Source: Botryllus schlosseri (lineage: Eukaryota). From it: 64,000 nucleotides of DNA. The notes under the pieces were generated by a model. It ran no database searches and had not been told where the DNA came from. It was given only the letters and a program-made list of their open reading frames with translations. Shown piece by piece: positions 21,601-34,075 of this stretch. Where the stretch lies: NCBI GenBank assembly GCA_051294905.1, contig CM119372.1:17548001-17612000 (forward strand), given 5' to 3'. The first letter of the stretch is position 1, and every line of letters starts with the position of its first letter. The position numbers and the translations under genes are program-made.

Positions 21601-24600
21601 ACTGCTACTCACAAACATGATGCAAATTTATCTATCTGATGACAAAATCGAAAAAGTAAAAGATTTTTGCTTCAAAAATAAAAGCATGAGCGGAAGCAGT
21701 CTAAAACATAACCACTCGCTGACCATCTCTGACGTACATCTGAGCAATGTGCAATGGTCACAACAACAATCAGCAGTTCTATCACTGTCATCCACTCACG
21801 ACGAATAATATGATGTAATGAATAGAGAGAAGGTCCGGTCTATCAATGTATGTTCCATCTCGGCCCACTGGTGTTTCACTAGTATTAATGCTCGATGTAA
21901 CAGTGTTCGATCATAATCTTTGCGGCTGTCTTTCAATTCCTTGCAAAATAGGGCTGTTCAATAAGTTCAAATATAACTTTTTTTTTTGAAACTTTACAGG
22001 CTACTTGATAAAATTGTTAGTTTACCTAGAAAAGAACGCTGCACACGAATTTTGGCTCAATTCCAACCAGTGGATGTGAAGTTATTGTAGTAGAAAATTC
22101 TGGGTTCATTTATTAAAAATAGATATAAAAATTTTTCAAATTTTACTAGATACCCCAAATTGATAGGTTATCTACAACAAATTTGGCTCAATTTCAACCA
22201 GTAGAAGCCAAGTTATTGGAGTACAAAATTTTGGATTTGAAAAAAATAGTATTTACGGCGGCAAATTCTTCAATAATTTATTATAGATCTACCAACCGTA
22301 AATACTATGATTTGAAATCTTAAATTTTGAACATCAATAACTTTGCTTCTACTGGTTGGGATCGAGCCAAATTTGTCCTGCATCGTTTTGTCAGACAACC
22401 TAGGGTAGCCACTGCCCACTAGCCAGTAAAATAAAATAAAATATATATTTATGTTTATCAACTGAATCCAGAATTTTCTACAACATAAAACTCCACTTCC
22501 ACTGGTTGGAAATGAACCAAAATTGGTGTGCAGCATTTTTTTATGTAATCCAACATTTTATCAAGTAGCCAGTAAAATTTGAAAAAAAGCTATTTTTGAA
22601 CAGCCCTATTGCTCATTCATTGTGACGTGTTCAATTATAATGACGCAGAACACTTACCACGTCAGGCTCCGTACGCATTCAATGTTGTGGGCGTATACGT
22701 CCAGACCAGACGTCGCGAGCCTTTCAACGGAACGCATGTTTCCGTGGAAGTCCGGCGTCAGGCATTCGACCAAAATGGTTTTCAACGACTTCTTGATGTT
22801 GATCACAGTGTTTCGAAAATGTTCCGCCCCACCGTCCGGCATATCTGCCAACATCGAAGGGGTGATGTTACAACATTTTAACGATACTGGGCGAGATAGT
22901 GTAATGGTTATGCGTCCGGCTTCTCGATCGATAGGTCGTGGGTTCGATCCTCGGCCGGGTCATACCAAAGACTCGAAAATTGGTATCCACAGCTATCCTG
23001 CTAGGCACTCAGCAATCACAGATAGCATGGAGGAGAAAAAAAAACAGGGGTGCAGACTAGATGACGTCACGGCCGTATCGCAACTCCGTCGTCATAGCAT
23101 CTCGATGGTGCAGGCGAAAAAGAATATCATATCTCTCTGGTGACAGGGTTGCCTTTTGGCTGTTTTCACAGAAATCATTAAAAACTGGCTGCATTCTCCG
23201 ACGGTTGTCAGTGAATAGATGTAGGCCTGCATTACAGTTCCAACTATATTTTGCCATGAAAATGAGTAGACTTTATGGTAAAATAGTCTGGCAAGTAACA
23301 AGTGCAAGTAGGTACCATGCCACGAACAGGCTCCATTGCGATTGATTGAACATATTTTCGTGACCAATCTGACCATTAAATGCACAAACACCCGTTGCAG
23401 AATTTGGTGTTTGTAGGGAAGTTGACCAACACAATAATTCCCCGTGGGTACTTCTTCACGGACCACACCGAGAATGGGCTCCCATAACAACCAATCAACC
23501 TATTTTAGCTGCGCTACCCTTATAATCCGTCAATGCGCTGCGCATCACTAAGAGCTAAGAAATTACCCTGTGACGTGGGCTCCACTCCTATGCACACCCT
23601 GTTTACCCTCTTCCAGAGACAGCGATGGACATCAACATAGTATCATGGAAATTGTTGTTCACCGACAAGATAGCGTAATGGTGAAGTGTGCGGCTTCTTG
23701 ATCGGTAGGTCATGGGTTCGATCCCCGTCGGGTCAGACCAAAGACCTGATTAGCAACATTGGTATCCATGACTTTCCTGATTGGCGCTCATGCATTACTG
23801 GGATAGCATGGAGGGTTGGTGCAAGACTTGGAATGCCATACATGGCTATATCTGCACCTTCCTTGTCCAGCGGCATATGCACAGATTGTGTGTATATATA
23901 TCGCGAGTCGGTGTACTTGCGGCAAAACATCAAGGACAAAAATAAACTACGTCATTTCCTTTCCTTAATCATAGTGTAAACAATGATAATGGGGAGCACT
24001 CCTGGATGTGGTGTGTGTGTCGAAGTAGTCCCTAATTAGGCCTACCAAACGTTATTGACCAGCATCTTCAAGAACCTGACTGTACCAAGACCAAAATGTC
24101 GCCAGTGATAGAAAACCCGCCCCATTTTTCTTCAGGATTCATTTTACTGGTCAACACATATTTTTAGGCAGACAAAGTAAGAGTGGGTTTGGGGGTTCTG
24201 AAGGGCACTGATTCCAAATATGACCTTAGATTTTTTAAACTGGCCCTATTTTTGGAGATAGTCCACGGGGCTATTTTGACAAAAATCTCATATTTTCGCT
24301 GTATGGGCTGGACAAAAAATCAGCTCCGTCGTACTATAAAGTTCAGAAATTCAACCTACTTGTTATTTGGACACGCTGAAGACTGTTTTAAATCAAAATA
24401 CATCAACAGAATTATATTTTGGGGTGTTAGATTTATCATTACTGGAGACTGTCACGGATATCATGTACATAAATAAACTTCAATCATGTATATAAGTTGT
24501 CCTTGTTAATGACACAATCAGTCCTTCACAGAGACTGATACAACTCGACGGCGAGTTGGACTGGAGCAATCGCTGCGAGTATAACTGACTTCGATTCCTA

Positions 24601-27600
24601 ACTGACTGCATATAGTCCGGACACTATAAGTTTCCCTTTGTGTGTATTGTAGAATGGCGATCAAACAACCCAGACTATAGCGTATCGTTAAAAAATACGT
24701 TGGCAAATACTCTAAATGAGAAATTACATTAATTAGAGTCCGATTCAGAGCGTCGTGGAAGCCCTGTTTACGGCACGACCGCTTTCGGAAAGAATGGTTC
24801 GTGATTGCACTTCTTCTCGCATCCAACGAGGTGACTCGAGCGTGACCAACCATAGATACAGACCAAACCACCGTGACATAAGTATTTACCTAAAAACTCA
24901 AATAACGTTGCATTAATTGAATCAGTTTTATGTCAACCACCTATTTTAAATTCAAAATAATCAGTTGGAATATAATATTAATAACTTATCCTAAAGCAAA
25001 ATTGGTTCTTGTACTCTTTTCGGTTGTAAGCAATTTAGTGCAGTTTTTTCGAAAGGTTCCAGCAATAGCCTGTCATATGTTTGTCGCATCTGCACTGATA
25101 TCTTTCTTTTGGTGTATTGGTGGAACCTTTCCCCTTTTTATTCCCTCTGATCAACGATATTATCAGAAAATATGTCAAGATGACTGAACTGGAAGTGAGA
25201 TTTAATGCTCATGTTTGCTCCAAGGTTTCCATATGCAGATACGAATTCCCGGACCGACTATTTGTAGTCGGGTGCTTTGTGATCTTCCAAAAAGTTTCAT
25301 TTACTACATTCTAGAAGGGATTCCATGCAGTGACCAGTCTGACCACCTTTCTCAGTGAACCACTTGCTAAACTGTCATTGACCCACAAAATCAGACTTGG
25401 AAACTCTCACCATCTCTGTCCACGGATGTTAAAACAACATAATCCAAACCCCAGCTGGCGATGGCGTGCGCGGTGTTCTCGGGTTCCATGGGATCGGGAG
25501 GCGGAGGGTTTTTCGCAGTCTTCACTGAACAAAACCTACATCCCCGGGTGCACGTATCTCCCATCAACTGCGTCACGAAAGCGGACTTTGACAGTAGCGA
25601 GCCAAGCAGTAAAATTTGAAGACGCAACTTACCATAATGGTAGCCGTAGCCGTACCATGTTCACCACCTCCCCAGCATTCGCCAATGTTGGGGCACCTCG
25701 CCTCCTCACACACTGTGCTTAAATTCAACTTTCGCAAATCAGATTTCAGTCTTTTGTAATTGTCGCCTTCGGGAAATTTGGTCTTTAGCCACGGAGGAAG
25801 CCTGAGTCTGCAGTAGAACGGAGTGTTGAAGTTGATGTAAGAAAACTATATATGGCGTCATCAGGTAGTGAACGCTGCTACTCAAATATAAGCCGAAGTA
25901 GAGGTTCCTACTTGAGGTAGAAGGAGAAAATGAAAGATCTGAAAAGTACTGAAGTAAGTATAGTTTCAGAAACTATACATTTGGTTCAGGGGTTTAGCAG
26001 TTACTTGGAGATGGGTACATTTGAGACTACATCTTCAACAATAACGCAAAATGCCAGATCATGCGCTACAAATTGGCCCAATCTTCAAAAATATATTCAG
26101 GTGTCGTCATACAGGACCTATTTCATGTGCACATTATGACAATGTGATGCAAGCTTATTAAAATAAAAATTGTAAAATGCAAGTAATTTCGCCTCAATCT
26201 TGTCGAAATGGAAGTGGAAATATTTCAACAACATAACCCACTTCAGTAGTGATGCAAGTAGAAAAAACTTACTTGAACAATCTGAAAAAGTAGAAGTATT
26301 CCGTTACAGATGCTGACCACATCTGACGGAAACACGTACTGCATTCTATCAAGGATTTATCGGCTTACCGTTTAACACCTTTTGTTCTGACTAGTTTTTC
26401 CGAGTAGTTCTGCCAGCTGTCCTCTTCAACTACGTCCCCAACAACAAACTCTTCTAACGATGGCCCGTTGGCTATCGCATTTTTCTGATCGGAACTGAAC
26501 AATCTTGAAGCGGACCGGATCAATCGATGTTCATATACCTTAAATCAAAATAGCCACATTCAAGTCGACATTATTGTGTTGTTACCATTTTATGCACACT
26601 GTCGGGGGCCTCCTCTGGTATAGCACATGATCGGTCTGTTCTCTGTAATTTCAGTCCTGTTCATGTTGCAACCAACCATACTATTAGATATTCTGGAACA
26701 GCGGTTCTCAACCGGGGGTCCGCGAAGCAATTTCAGGGGGTCCGCGAAGCAATTTCAGGGGGTCCGCGAGACCTCTAAATTTTTAAAAACCTAATTTTTA
26801 TTATATTTTTTAATTTGATAAAGCATGAGGCAGTTTCGCACCACAGCTGCTAAAACCTCATGACTCATATCATCATAATAATCGTCTGACATGGACTATC
26901 GAAGTGTTGAAACTCATTTCCATTGCCAGTTTTCCAATAACCCGCTGATATTGCTGTTTATAGACGTTTTATTGGGGTTTGTGGAAAAAATTAAGATATG
27001 GGAATAGTAACGTCAATCAGGGTGACTTCGTAATGTCTGCGAAAACTTCTCGATTTGAAGTTGACAGTCTCATCAAATTAGTGAACAGTCGTTTGAAATA
27101 AAAATTTCCGAAGTATTTCAATAATTGCCCAATGCAGGGAACAGCTTCTTGGAAGTACAGAACTTTATTATAAAATTGAATAGTATATTCATATTGAAAT
27201 GAACCCGAATATTTTCGGCTGACAATCGTCATAAATCGGACAATGATATACCTGCTCTTAAAGCTCGGATATCAGATTTTGCGCATTCTTATTGCGGATG
27301 CCCTATCGACGAGGCTGATTTTTTGATGAACAAGGAGTGTTTCGTTGCTATCAAGGCATTACGCTCCAGCCCTGAAATTCATATCACCAGTTATATTGGT
27401 ATAAAGCCTTGTCTTGTTAATGTTCAATTGTTCGTGGTCGAAAATGTTTGCTCGTAAATATATATGTAAACCAGAACAGAACAAGTCGTTTCATGACAGT
27501 CTTTCTCTGGTTGGAAAACTTGGATCCGTTCTTTGGAGCATAAAATTTCTCCATACTTTTAGCTTAGGATTTCACTTCGAGTGTAGAAACTCTCTGCGGA

Positions 27601-28424
27601 CCGATCAAAATGCCGTCGCGGGCCGAATCCGGCCAGCGGTCCGTATGTTTCCCGCCCCTGCGGTAGATGCTGGACGTGATATGTTCATAAAATATGTGTT
27701 TCTTCATTTTGGTGCCATAAATATTGCGATCACACCAAAAGTATCGTCGGAGCCGTTATGTGTTAATATTGCATTAGCTTCCACCTATCTTTGCTGAAAT
27801 GGTTTTCGGCACTCCTCGTTCATATCAAAACGAAGACGCGGATTTTCAAGACACGACCACGTACTTCAAGAAATACAGCAGCAAAATTAGCTTTTAAATA
27901 ATAAAAGTCCACCAATTTCTACATAAATGGTATGATGTTATCTTCAAGAAAATTCACTATTTTGCTGTTTATCACAAGCCTACAGTTCATATTTGCACAA
28001 GACAGTTGCCCCATAATAGAGCTAAAATTGAACTAAAACTTGAGGGGGTCCGCGAGGGTCCGTGACGGTCAAAAGGGGTCCGCGAAGCCAAAAAGGTTGA
28101 GAACCACTGTTCTGGAATGTTGACAGCTGCCAAAACGGCTCAGGTTTAATCTGTAGCCTAATATGTTAATTGAACACAAATGGAAAACAAGACAGACTTA
28201 AAGTAAACATAATGCCGATATGATCCATGTTGATGATCGATCAATCTTTTCTAATTAATGTCTCATCACTGCATGAAAACACAAGAGGAGTCAACACAAT
28301 CGGACAGGCATCGTAAAGAAAGGTGTTGAATTGAAACGTGTGATAATACCAAAGACACAAATTCATACATGCATACTGTATAGTAAAGTAAACTAACCTG
28401 GCAGAATGGCAGACGCCGCAGCAT
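18672..28424 (-). CDS. LIAS: Lipoyl synthase, mitochondrial (radical SAM), 368 aa
   Basis: Minus-strand exons 28424-28398, 26538-26369, 25807-25633, 25567-25411, 22844-22658, 20962-20817, 18916-18672 (1107 nt). Motifs [45 protein letters not shown] and [13 protein letters not shown]. The Arg-rich N-terminus MLRRLPFCQ resembles a transit peptide; the first exon is the least certain. Confidence 0.96.
19220..20514. mobile_element. Tc1/mariner(pogo)-like non-autonomous element in a LIAS intron
   Basis: TIR CCGTAAACCGGGGT..CTTTGGAC / GTCCAAAG..ACCCCGGTTTACGG with a TA TSD and internal repeats of GGGTNACTTTGGAC. Confidence 0.85.
21951..22606. mobile_element. Fold-back MITE in a LIAS intron
   Basis: Termini GGGCTGTTCA...TGAACAGCCC flanked by TA; the two halves are imperfect inverted copies. 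Confidence 0.75.
22889..23030 (+). mobile_element. tRNA-derived SINE with a Meta-like core
   Basis: A box TAGTGTAATGG, B box GGTTCGATCC, then GGGTCATACCAAAGACT..AAAATTGGTATCCAC..CCTGCTAGGCACTCAGCA. Confidence 0.75.
23664..23830 (+). mobile_element. Second copy of the tRNA-derived Meta-like SINE
   Basis: TAGCGTAATGG...GGTTCGATCC...GGGTCAGACCAAAGAC...TTGGTATCCATGACTTTCCTG, homologous to 22889-23030. Confidence 0.7.
26699..28109. mobile_element. hAT (Charlie-like) non-autonomous element in the first LIAS coding intron
   Basis: TIR CAGCGGTTCTCAACC...GGTTGAGAACCACTG, perfect 8-bp TSD TTCTGGAA, and subterminal GGGGTCCGCG repeats. Confidence 0.9.
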
Positions 28425-29538
28425 TTCACTATTTTCAATTGATGTCACACAGCGATAAATACCCTGTTTATCGCATAAAAATATGGTAGTACTATAGAGT
28501 ATACTCTATAGTATAGTAGTAGCAAGTTTCCTATTCCCAAATGTTATCGAACCCTTGACATTTATATGATTGACAGCTGAATTGTTTTGAATGCCCCAGG
28601 CGAAATGCTAAAATACGAACTCGAAATTTTTCCAGGTACGTAATGTCTAATTTTTATCCTAAAATCCAGACCCGGACATATGTGGTCAGTTATCATCAAC
28701 AACAACAATCTTTGGGTTATAATTTTCATCTGAACAAGTTACACACAACGTACACTGCGATAAGACACAATGCGATGTAACGAACAGATAGGAGGATGTC
28801 GAATGACACGCATCAGCAGCGATCCTTTACTCTAACTGTAGATAACTAACATTAGAGGTGGTCAAAGTAGTCAACAAAGCTACTGTAGTAGAAGTAGAAG
28901 TAGCGACGAAAAAAATCTACTCAAGTACGAGTAGAAGTACTTCTTCCATAAGCAACCTAAAACTACTTGAAGTAGAAGTAGAATTGACTGACTTTAAAAG
29001 TACTCAATTAAGTAAGTAGTTGTGAAAACGATCCTAATTCGTTCACATGGATTGTAAAAAGCTGCAAATTGGGATATGCGAAAGGTGACTAGCTTGATTC
29101 ATATTGATGCATACCAAGAGGTATCCAATTTTCGATATATTTTCCGGAAATTAAAGGCATTACTACACTTGCTTTTATGCTTCAACATGTATGTTATCTA
29201 AGCAAAAGAACTGATATTAATTCTCAAAGTATATGATACTGGGAATTAACAGTAAAATGTAAATACTACTTCTAAAAGTGGAGCATGTATTTCATGCCTT
29301 TAGTCAGGGTTGTAATGACTCGAGTCAGACTCGAGTCACGATTTTTTGATGACTCGACTTGACTCAAGTCATTTTCTTAAGAATGAAAAATGACTCGACT
29401 CGACTCGAGTCGATTTGTTTATTGACTCGACTTGTACTCGAGTCATTGCGCATGACTCGGAGTCCGAGTCTCGGACCAAGTCATATGACTCGTGACTGGG
29501 TCTACATTTGTGTATGGGCATTTCATTGTAATTTCGAA

Positions 29539-30598
29539 TTAAATAGTATATTCATATTGAAATGAACCCGAATATTTTCGGCTGACACTCGTCAGGGGTA
29601 ATCGTCAGCAACTAGTAGAGAATTGGAAAGAACATTGTATATCAACAATCGTATCACAAAATATGACGTCACCAGCATGAAATTTCGAATGAGAGAGCGT
29701 TCAATGTACTATTTTTAGGTGATACACGAACTCCTTTTGTTGACAGAGTTTTGGTTGATGTATTTTGATAAAAGTTGATTCCAAGGCACACAAATGGAAT
29801 TGTGAACGGCCTCGACCTACGATTCGAAATCGGTCGTCTCGATAATTATTCGCACAAATCGGATTATCCAACAGATGTTTGCCGATGGCAGAATTAATGG
29901 CCTTTGATCGATCAGCATCAATCTTAAGTGGATGAGTTAAGGGTGAGCTTTTCACATCGCGTGACGCACGTGTTCTGATAAATCTGGGGACATGTTGGTT
30001 TATGCGGTCCTGCAGACGTCTTGACGTTCTTCCCACGTAGCCACAATCACAGTGGCACCTATATTCGTACACTACATTACTTTGTTGAAGTGCAGGAAGC
30101 ACGTCTTTGCGTGTTGAAGGGAGCAGTTGTGTTGTTGTAAAAATCACATTGGTTTTGACTGTATCGTAACATTTACCGACAGCAGAAATCAATTGTTTTT
30201 CGAAGCGGGTGGAAATGGGGCCAATCCAAGGTAGATGAATATAGACATCTTTTATTGTTCGTGCGGTGGGCTCTGTTCGTTTTTCTGCGTTGAATTGTGT
30301 TAATTTCCTCTCCATGCCGCGGCTGATGACGTGTTCAGGGTAACCGTTATCAAGTAAGATTTTTCGGATGTAATCAAGTTCTAAACTCAGTTTGTTACCC
30401 GAACATATCATCAACGCTCTATGCACGAGTGTGCCTATGAGGTTAATTTTTCTGCGTCTAGGACTGAATGAATTCCAGCGAAGGTATTGGCCTGTGAATG
30501 TCGGTTTTCTGAAAACAGACGTTTCAAATTTGTTGGTATTGCGCTTTTCAACTAATACGTCCAGAAATGATAATGAGTTATTGCGTTCTTTTTCTAAG
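29539..30598 (-). mobile_element. 5'-truncated Penelope-like retroelement (RT C-terminus + GIY-YIG endonuclease)
   Basis: Open frame from about 30598 to 29701: SLSFLDVLV..VFRKPTFTGQYLRWNSF..HRA..NGYP..LPWIG..SNVVYEYRCHCDCGYVGRTSRRLQDRINQH..SAIGKHL..LESTFI. AATTTCGAA is duplicated at 29530-29538 and 30599-30607. Confidence 0.92.
29566..29599 (-). ncRNA. Minimal type I hammerhead ribozyme in the Penelope terminal repeat
   Basis: Minus strand ACCC-CUGACGA-GUGUCAGCC-GAAA-AUAU-UC-GGGU: intact core, stem I ACCC/GGGU and palindromic AAUAUU stem III. Confidence 0.8.
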
Positions 30599-30655
30599 AA
30601 TTTCGAAGAATAGTAAATTAAGTTATCACACTATAATTATTTTGTCTGTCAGTAC

Positions 30656-31954
30656 CAGAGGGGGTCAGTAACGAAGTACTTCTACTTTTTCGAAGTACTC
30701 AAGTAGTTTCCTCTACTTCTGGTACTTACTCAAGTAGATCTGATTTCCGTTACTTCTACTTCTACTTCGTAATATTTTGTGATCTACTTACTTACTTTTC
30801 GCTATTTTCAGTTTGTCAAGTAGAAGTAGTTCAATCTTCCAATCAGGAAGATAGCCTGAGGAATTTTGGGGCTGTTTTCACGGAGCATCAACATTTAATT
30901 TTCATAAAAGTTGAGTAAAGCCCAGAATTTTCGTCGCGCTTCGCGCGCAGTGGATACGGAGTTACCAGTATGTTTCACGAAAGTATCGATGAATATAATT
31001 TAGGTAGCGGGTTGGCGTGATTCTGTTCACACCACATTGTCGCCCTTCGCCCATATGAAATAATTCATCACAGTATATATGGCTCATCATATCGTTTGAA
31101 ACTGATGTTTCGCAATCTATCATTTCCTTGTCATATCGTAATCTAGCATGTCCATGGCACGTCCTAACCTGGAAAAGTGGACTCTGACTTTTTTGTTAGT
31201 TTTAGTGCTGTTTTAGCATACCGCCTTTGAAATTTTCTGGACTGAAGGCATGAAAATTGTGTTCTGCTTTTAGAAGTAGTATTTATGTTTTATTTTCAAT
31301 TCCCAGTATCATATACTTTGAGTTATAATTAATATCAGTTCTTTTGTCTGGATAAAATACATGTTGAAGTATAAAAGCAAGTGTAGTAATGCCTTTAATT
31401 TCCGGAAATAAAGCTACACAATATGGCATTTTCACGGTCCATATATTTTTATTAACGTTTACTAATCGCGAAAAGTGTTTTCACCGTATCCTATACAACT
31501 TCTCCGTATTGCTCTTCGACTAAACTACGGACCTGATAATATGGGGGATGGCGCCATACCATGCTATTTTCTAAAACGTGCTGTTCGAGAAAACAGAGGA
31601 TAAGTATCACATTTCCATAATAATACTATCATTTTTATCCTATGATGTGCTGGACGAATGCTTATTCTATCGAAAATTGGATACCTGCTGGTATGCATCA
31701 ATGCGAATCAAGCTCGTTACCTTTCGCATATATAGCTCAATTTGCACCTTTTTACAATCCGTGTGAACGAATTAGGATCGTTTTCACAACTACTTACTTA
31801 CTTGAGTACTTTTAAAGTCAGTAAAATCTACTTCTACTTCAAGTAGCTTTAGGTTGCTTATGGAAGAAGTACTTCTACTCGTACTTGAGTAGATTTTTTC
31901 GTCGCTACTTCTACTTCTACTTGAGTAGCTTTCTTGACTACTTTGACCACCTCT
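30656..31954. mobile_element. MITE family C copy 2, inverted relative to copy 1
   Basis: Termini CAGAGGGGGTCA...TGACCACCTCT; TSD GTCAGTAC / CTCAGTAC (7 of 8 match). Confidence 0.88.
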
Positions 31955-32160
31955 CTCAGTACTAATGCTTGAAAATGCTACCAGAAACTGTTAAAAGTGA
32001 GGAAAATTAGCATATTATAAATGCGAACCATTCAACATCACCAAACAGAGTAATAAAAAGTGGGTTTAGCAAGACTTTAACTGGAAACAGAGCTGTCAAC
32101 ACAATGACTTGGACTCGGACTCGAGTCAAAACACTATGACTCGGACTCGACACTCTACTC

Positions 32161-32718
32161 CAGGGTTGTAACCAAGTCACAAGGCTCCAAGTCACAAGTC
32201 AATCTCACTTTTATCTTTTTGACTCGAGTCAAGTCGAGTCATTTTCAATTCCCACCGAGTCAAGTCCGAGTCCAAGTCAGTGAACAGAGGATCGAGTCCG
32301 AGTCATTGTGTTCACTGCTCAGTTTCCAGTTAAACTCTTCCTAAACCCACTTTTTTAACTCTGTTTGGTGATATTGAATAGTTCGCATTTATAATATATC
32401 AATTTTCCTTACTTTTAGCAGTTTCTGGTCGCTTTCAAGCACCAGTACCAATAAACGAAATCCCAAGAGTGTGTTGGCTTCGAAATTTAAATGAAATGTT
32501 ATCAGTCTTCGCCGTCTGAATCTCGAGTCAATGACTTGCTTCGAGTCATGCGCAATGACTCGAGTCCAAGTCGAGTCAATACACAGATTGACTCGAGTCG
32601 AGTCGAGTCGAGTCATTTCCGTATTTTGAGAAAATGACTCGAGTCGAGTCGAGTCATCCGAAAATCGTGACTCGAGTCTGACTCGAGTCGAGTCATGACT
32701 CGAGTCATTACAACTCTG
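32161..32718. mobile_element. MITE family D copy 2, inverted inside copy 1
   Basis: Termini CAGGGTTGTAA...TTACAACTCTG with a perfect 8-bp TSD CTCTACTC. Confidence 0.9.
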
Positions 32719-33906
32719 CTCTACTCCGTGACTTGGACTCGGACTTGACTCGGTATGGAATTGAAAATGACTCGACTTGACTTGAGTCAAAACTATAAAA
32801 GTGATATTGACTTGTGACTCGAAACCTTGTGACTTGGTTACAATCCTGCGCGTTAGTCCAGAAAGTTTCAAAGGTGATATGCTAAAACAGCTCTAAAACT
32901 AAAAAAAGTCAGAGTCCCCTTTTCCAGATTAGGACACGCCATGGACATGCTGGATTACGATATGACAAGGAAATGATAGATTGCGAAACATCAGTTTCAA
33001 ACTTCATGATCAGCCATATATACTGTGATGAATTATTTCATATGGGCGAAGGACGACAATGTGGTGTAAACGGAACCACGCCAACCCGCGACCTAAATTA
33101 TATTCACTGATACTTTCGTGAAATCATACTGGTCACTCCGTATCCACTGCGCGCGAAGTGCGACGAAAATTCTTCGCTTTACTCAACTTTTATGAAAATG
33201 AAATGTTGATACTCTGTGAAAACAGCCCCGAAATTTCTCAGGCTATCTTCCTGATTGGAAGATTGAACTACTTCTACTTGACAAACTGAAAATAGCGAAA
33301 AGTAAGTAAGTAGATCACAAAATATTACGAAGTAGAAGTAGAAGTAGCGAAAATCAGATCTACTTGAGTAAGTACCAGAAATAGAGGGAAACTACTTGAG
33401 TACTTCGAAAAAGTAGAAGTACTTCGTTACTGACCACCTCTGCTAACATACATAGGTTAGTTATCTATGCTCTAACATCCACCTCGGCCTAGAGTGCCCG
33501 ATGTCACAGTTCTTTTCGATGTTGATCTTTTTTGAAGCCGCGGTCCTTTCTACTAGTTCTTTCCATTCCTTGTGAGTGCTTTCTTTCTTCGGGTCTTTTT
33601 TCTGGGCTTTTTTTTTGTCGCCGTAAGAACGGCGACAGCGGGGGAAGAGGAGCCCAGATGAACCTCCGATTGGAATAGATGAACTTCCGATGTGAAACAT
33701 CACAGAATGAACATTGAAGATGAAACCAACCGAGCAATCGATGACTGATAAATCATTTCTTTGCCTATGAAAGGGGATGAACCACCCTCGTCCACCCGTA
33801 AGCCGTAATATGAGATTTATTTTATTTCTGTACTGTAAGCAGAGGATCATTCGAAGCCTTCGGTTTCGGGTATTCGTGATGATACAGTTCGGCTGCTGAT
33901 ACATAC

Positions 33907-34075
33907 CTTTATTAACTTCCGAGGACGTCGAAAAGGAATTCAGAAGTTTTCGTCACCCAGAAACCGAAGCCGAAACGATTTTATCAGCACCAGCCTACAT
34001 TTTGTATAATTATTTCCGCTAGACGATGCTAGATAGCCGGAAGTTTTATTCAAAACAATACCTACTTCCTGGTTT
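33907..34075. promoter_or_regulatory. Candidate bidirectional promoter and non-coding first exon between LIAS (-) and the dioxygenase gene (+)
   Basis: ETS-type motifs CCGGAAGT (34037-34044), ACTTCCTG (34064-34071) and ACTTCCG (33915-33921). A minus-strand donor AAG|GTATGT lies at 33907/33906. This is unique sequence between two divergent genes. Confidence 0.4.

Larger units (their letters stand above)
29305..32848. mobile_element. MITE family D copy 1 (GACTCGAGTC arrays), host of three further insertions
   Basis: Termini CAGGGTTGTAA...TTACAATCCTG. The internal sequence rejoins to match 5057-5537 once the insertions are removed. Confidence 0.8.
28853..33442. mobile_element. hAT-like MITE family C copy 1 (AAGTAG-rich), interrupted by nested insertions
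   Basis: Termini (T/C)AGAGGTGGTCA...TGACCACCTCTG with CTAACAT duplicated on the flanks. Its halves (28853-29304 and about 32853-33442) are colinear with the inverted copy at 30656-31954. Confidence 0.85.

Noticed and set aside
22889..22960. tRNA gene
   Set aside because: A and B boxes are present, but the sequence runs into a SINE core and has a diverged second copy at 23664; no convincing cloverleaf.
32389..32871. 160-aa ORF rich in DSTR/SSQV
   Set aside because: Translation of MITE pentamer repeats. The same applies to the ORFs at 4714, 4788, 29359, 36579 and 37517.
33461..33904. 147-aa Lys-rich ORF
   Set aside because: Its C-terminal half reads through the family B SINE body, also seen at 43.0-43.2 kb and 62.6-62.8 kb.
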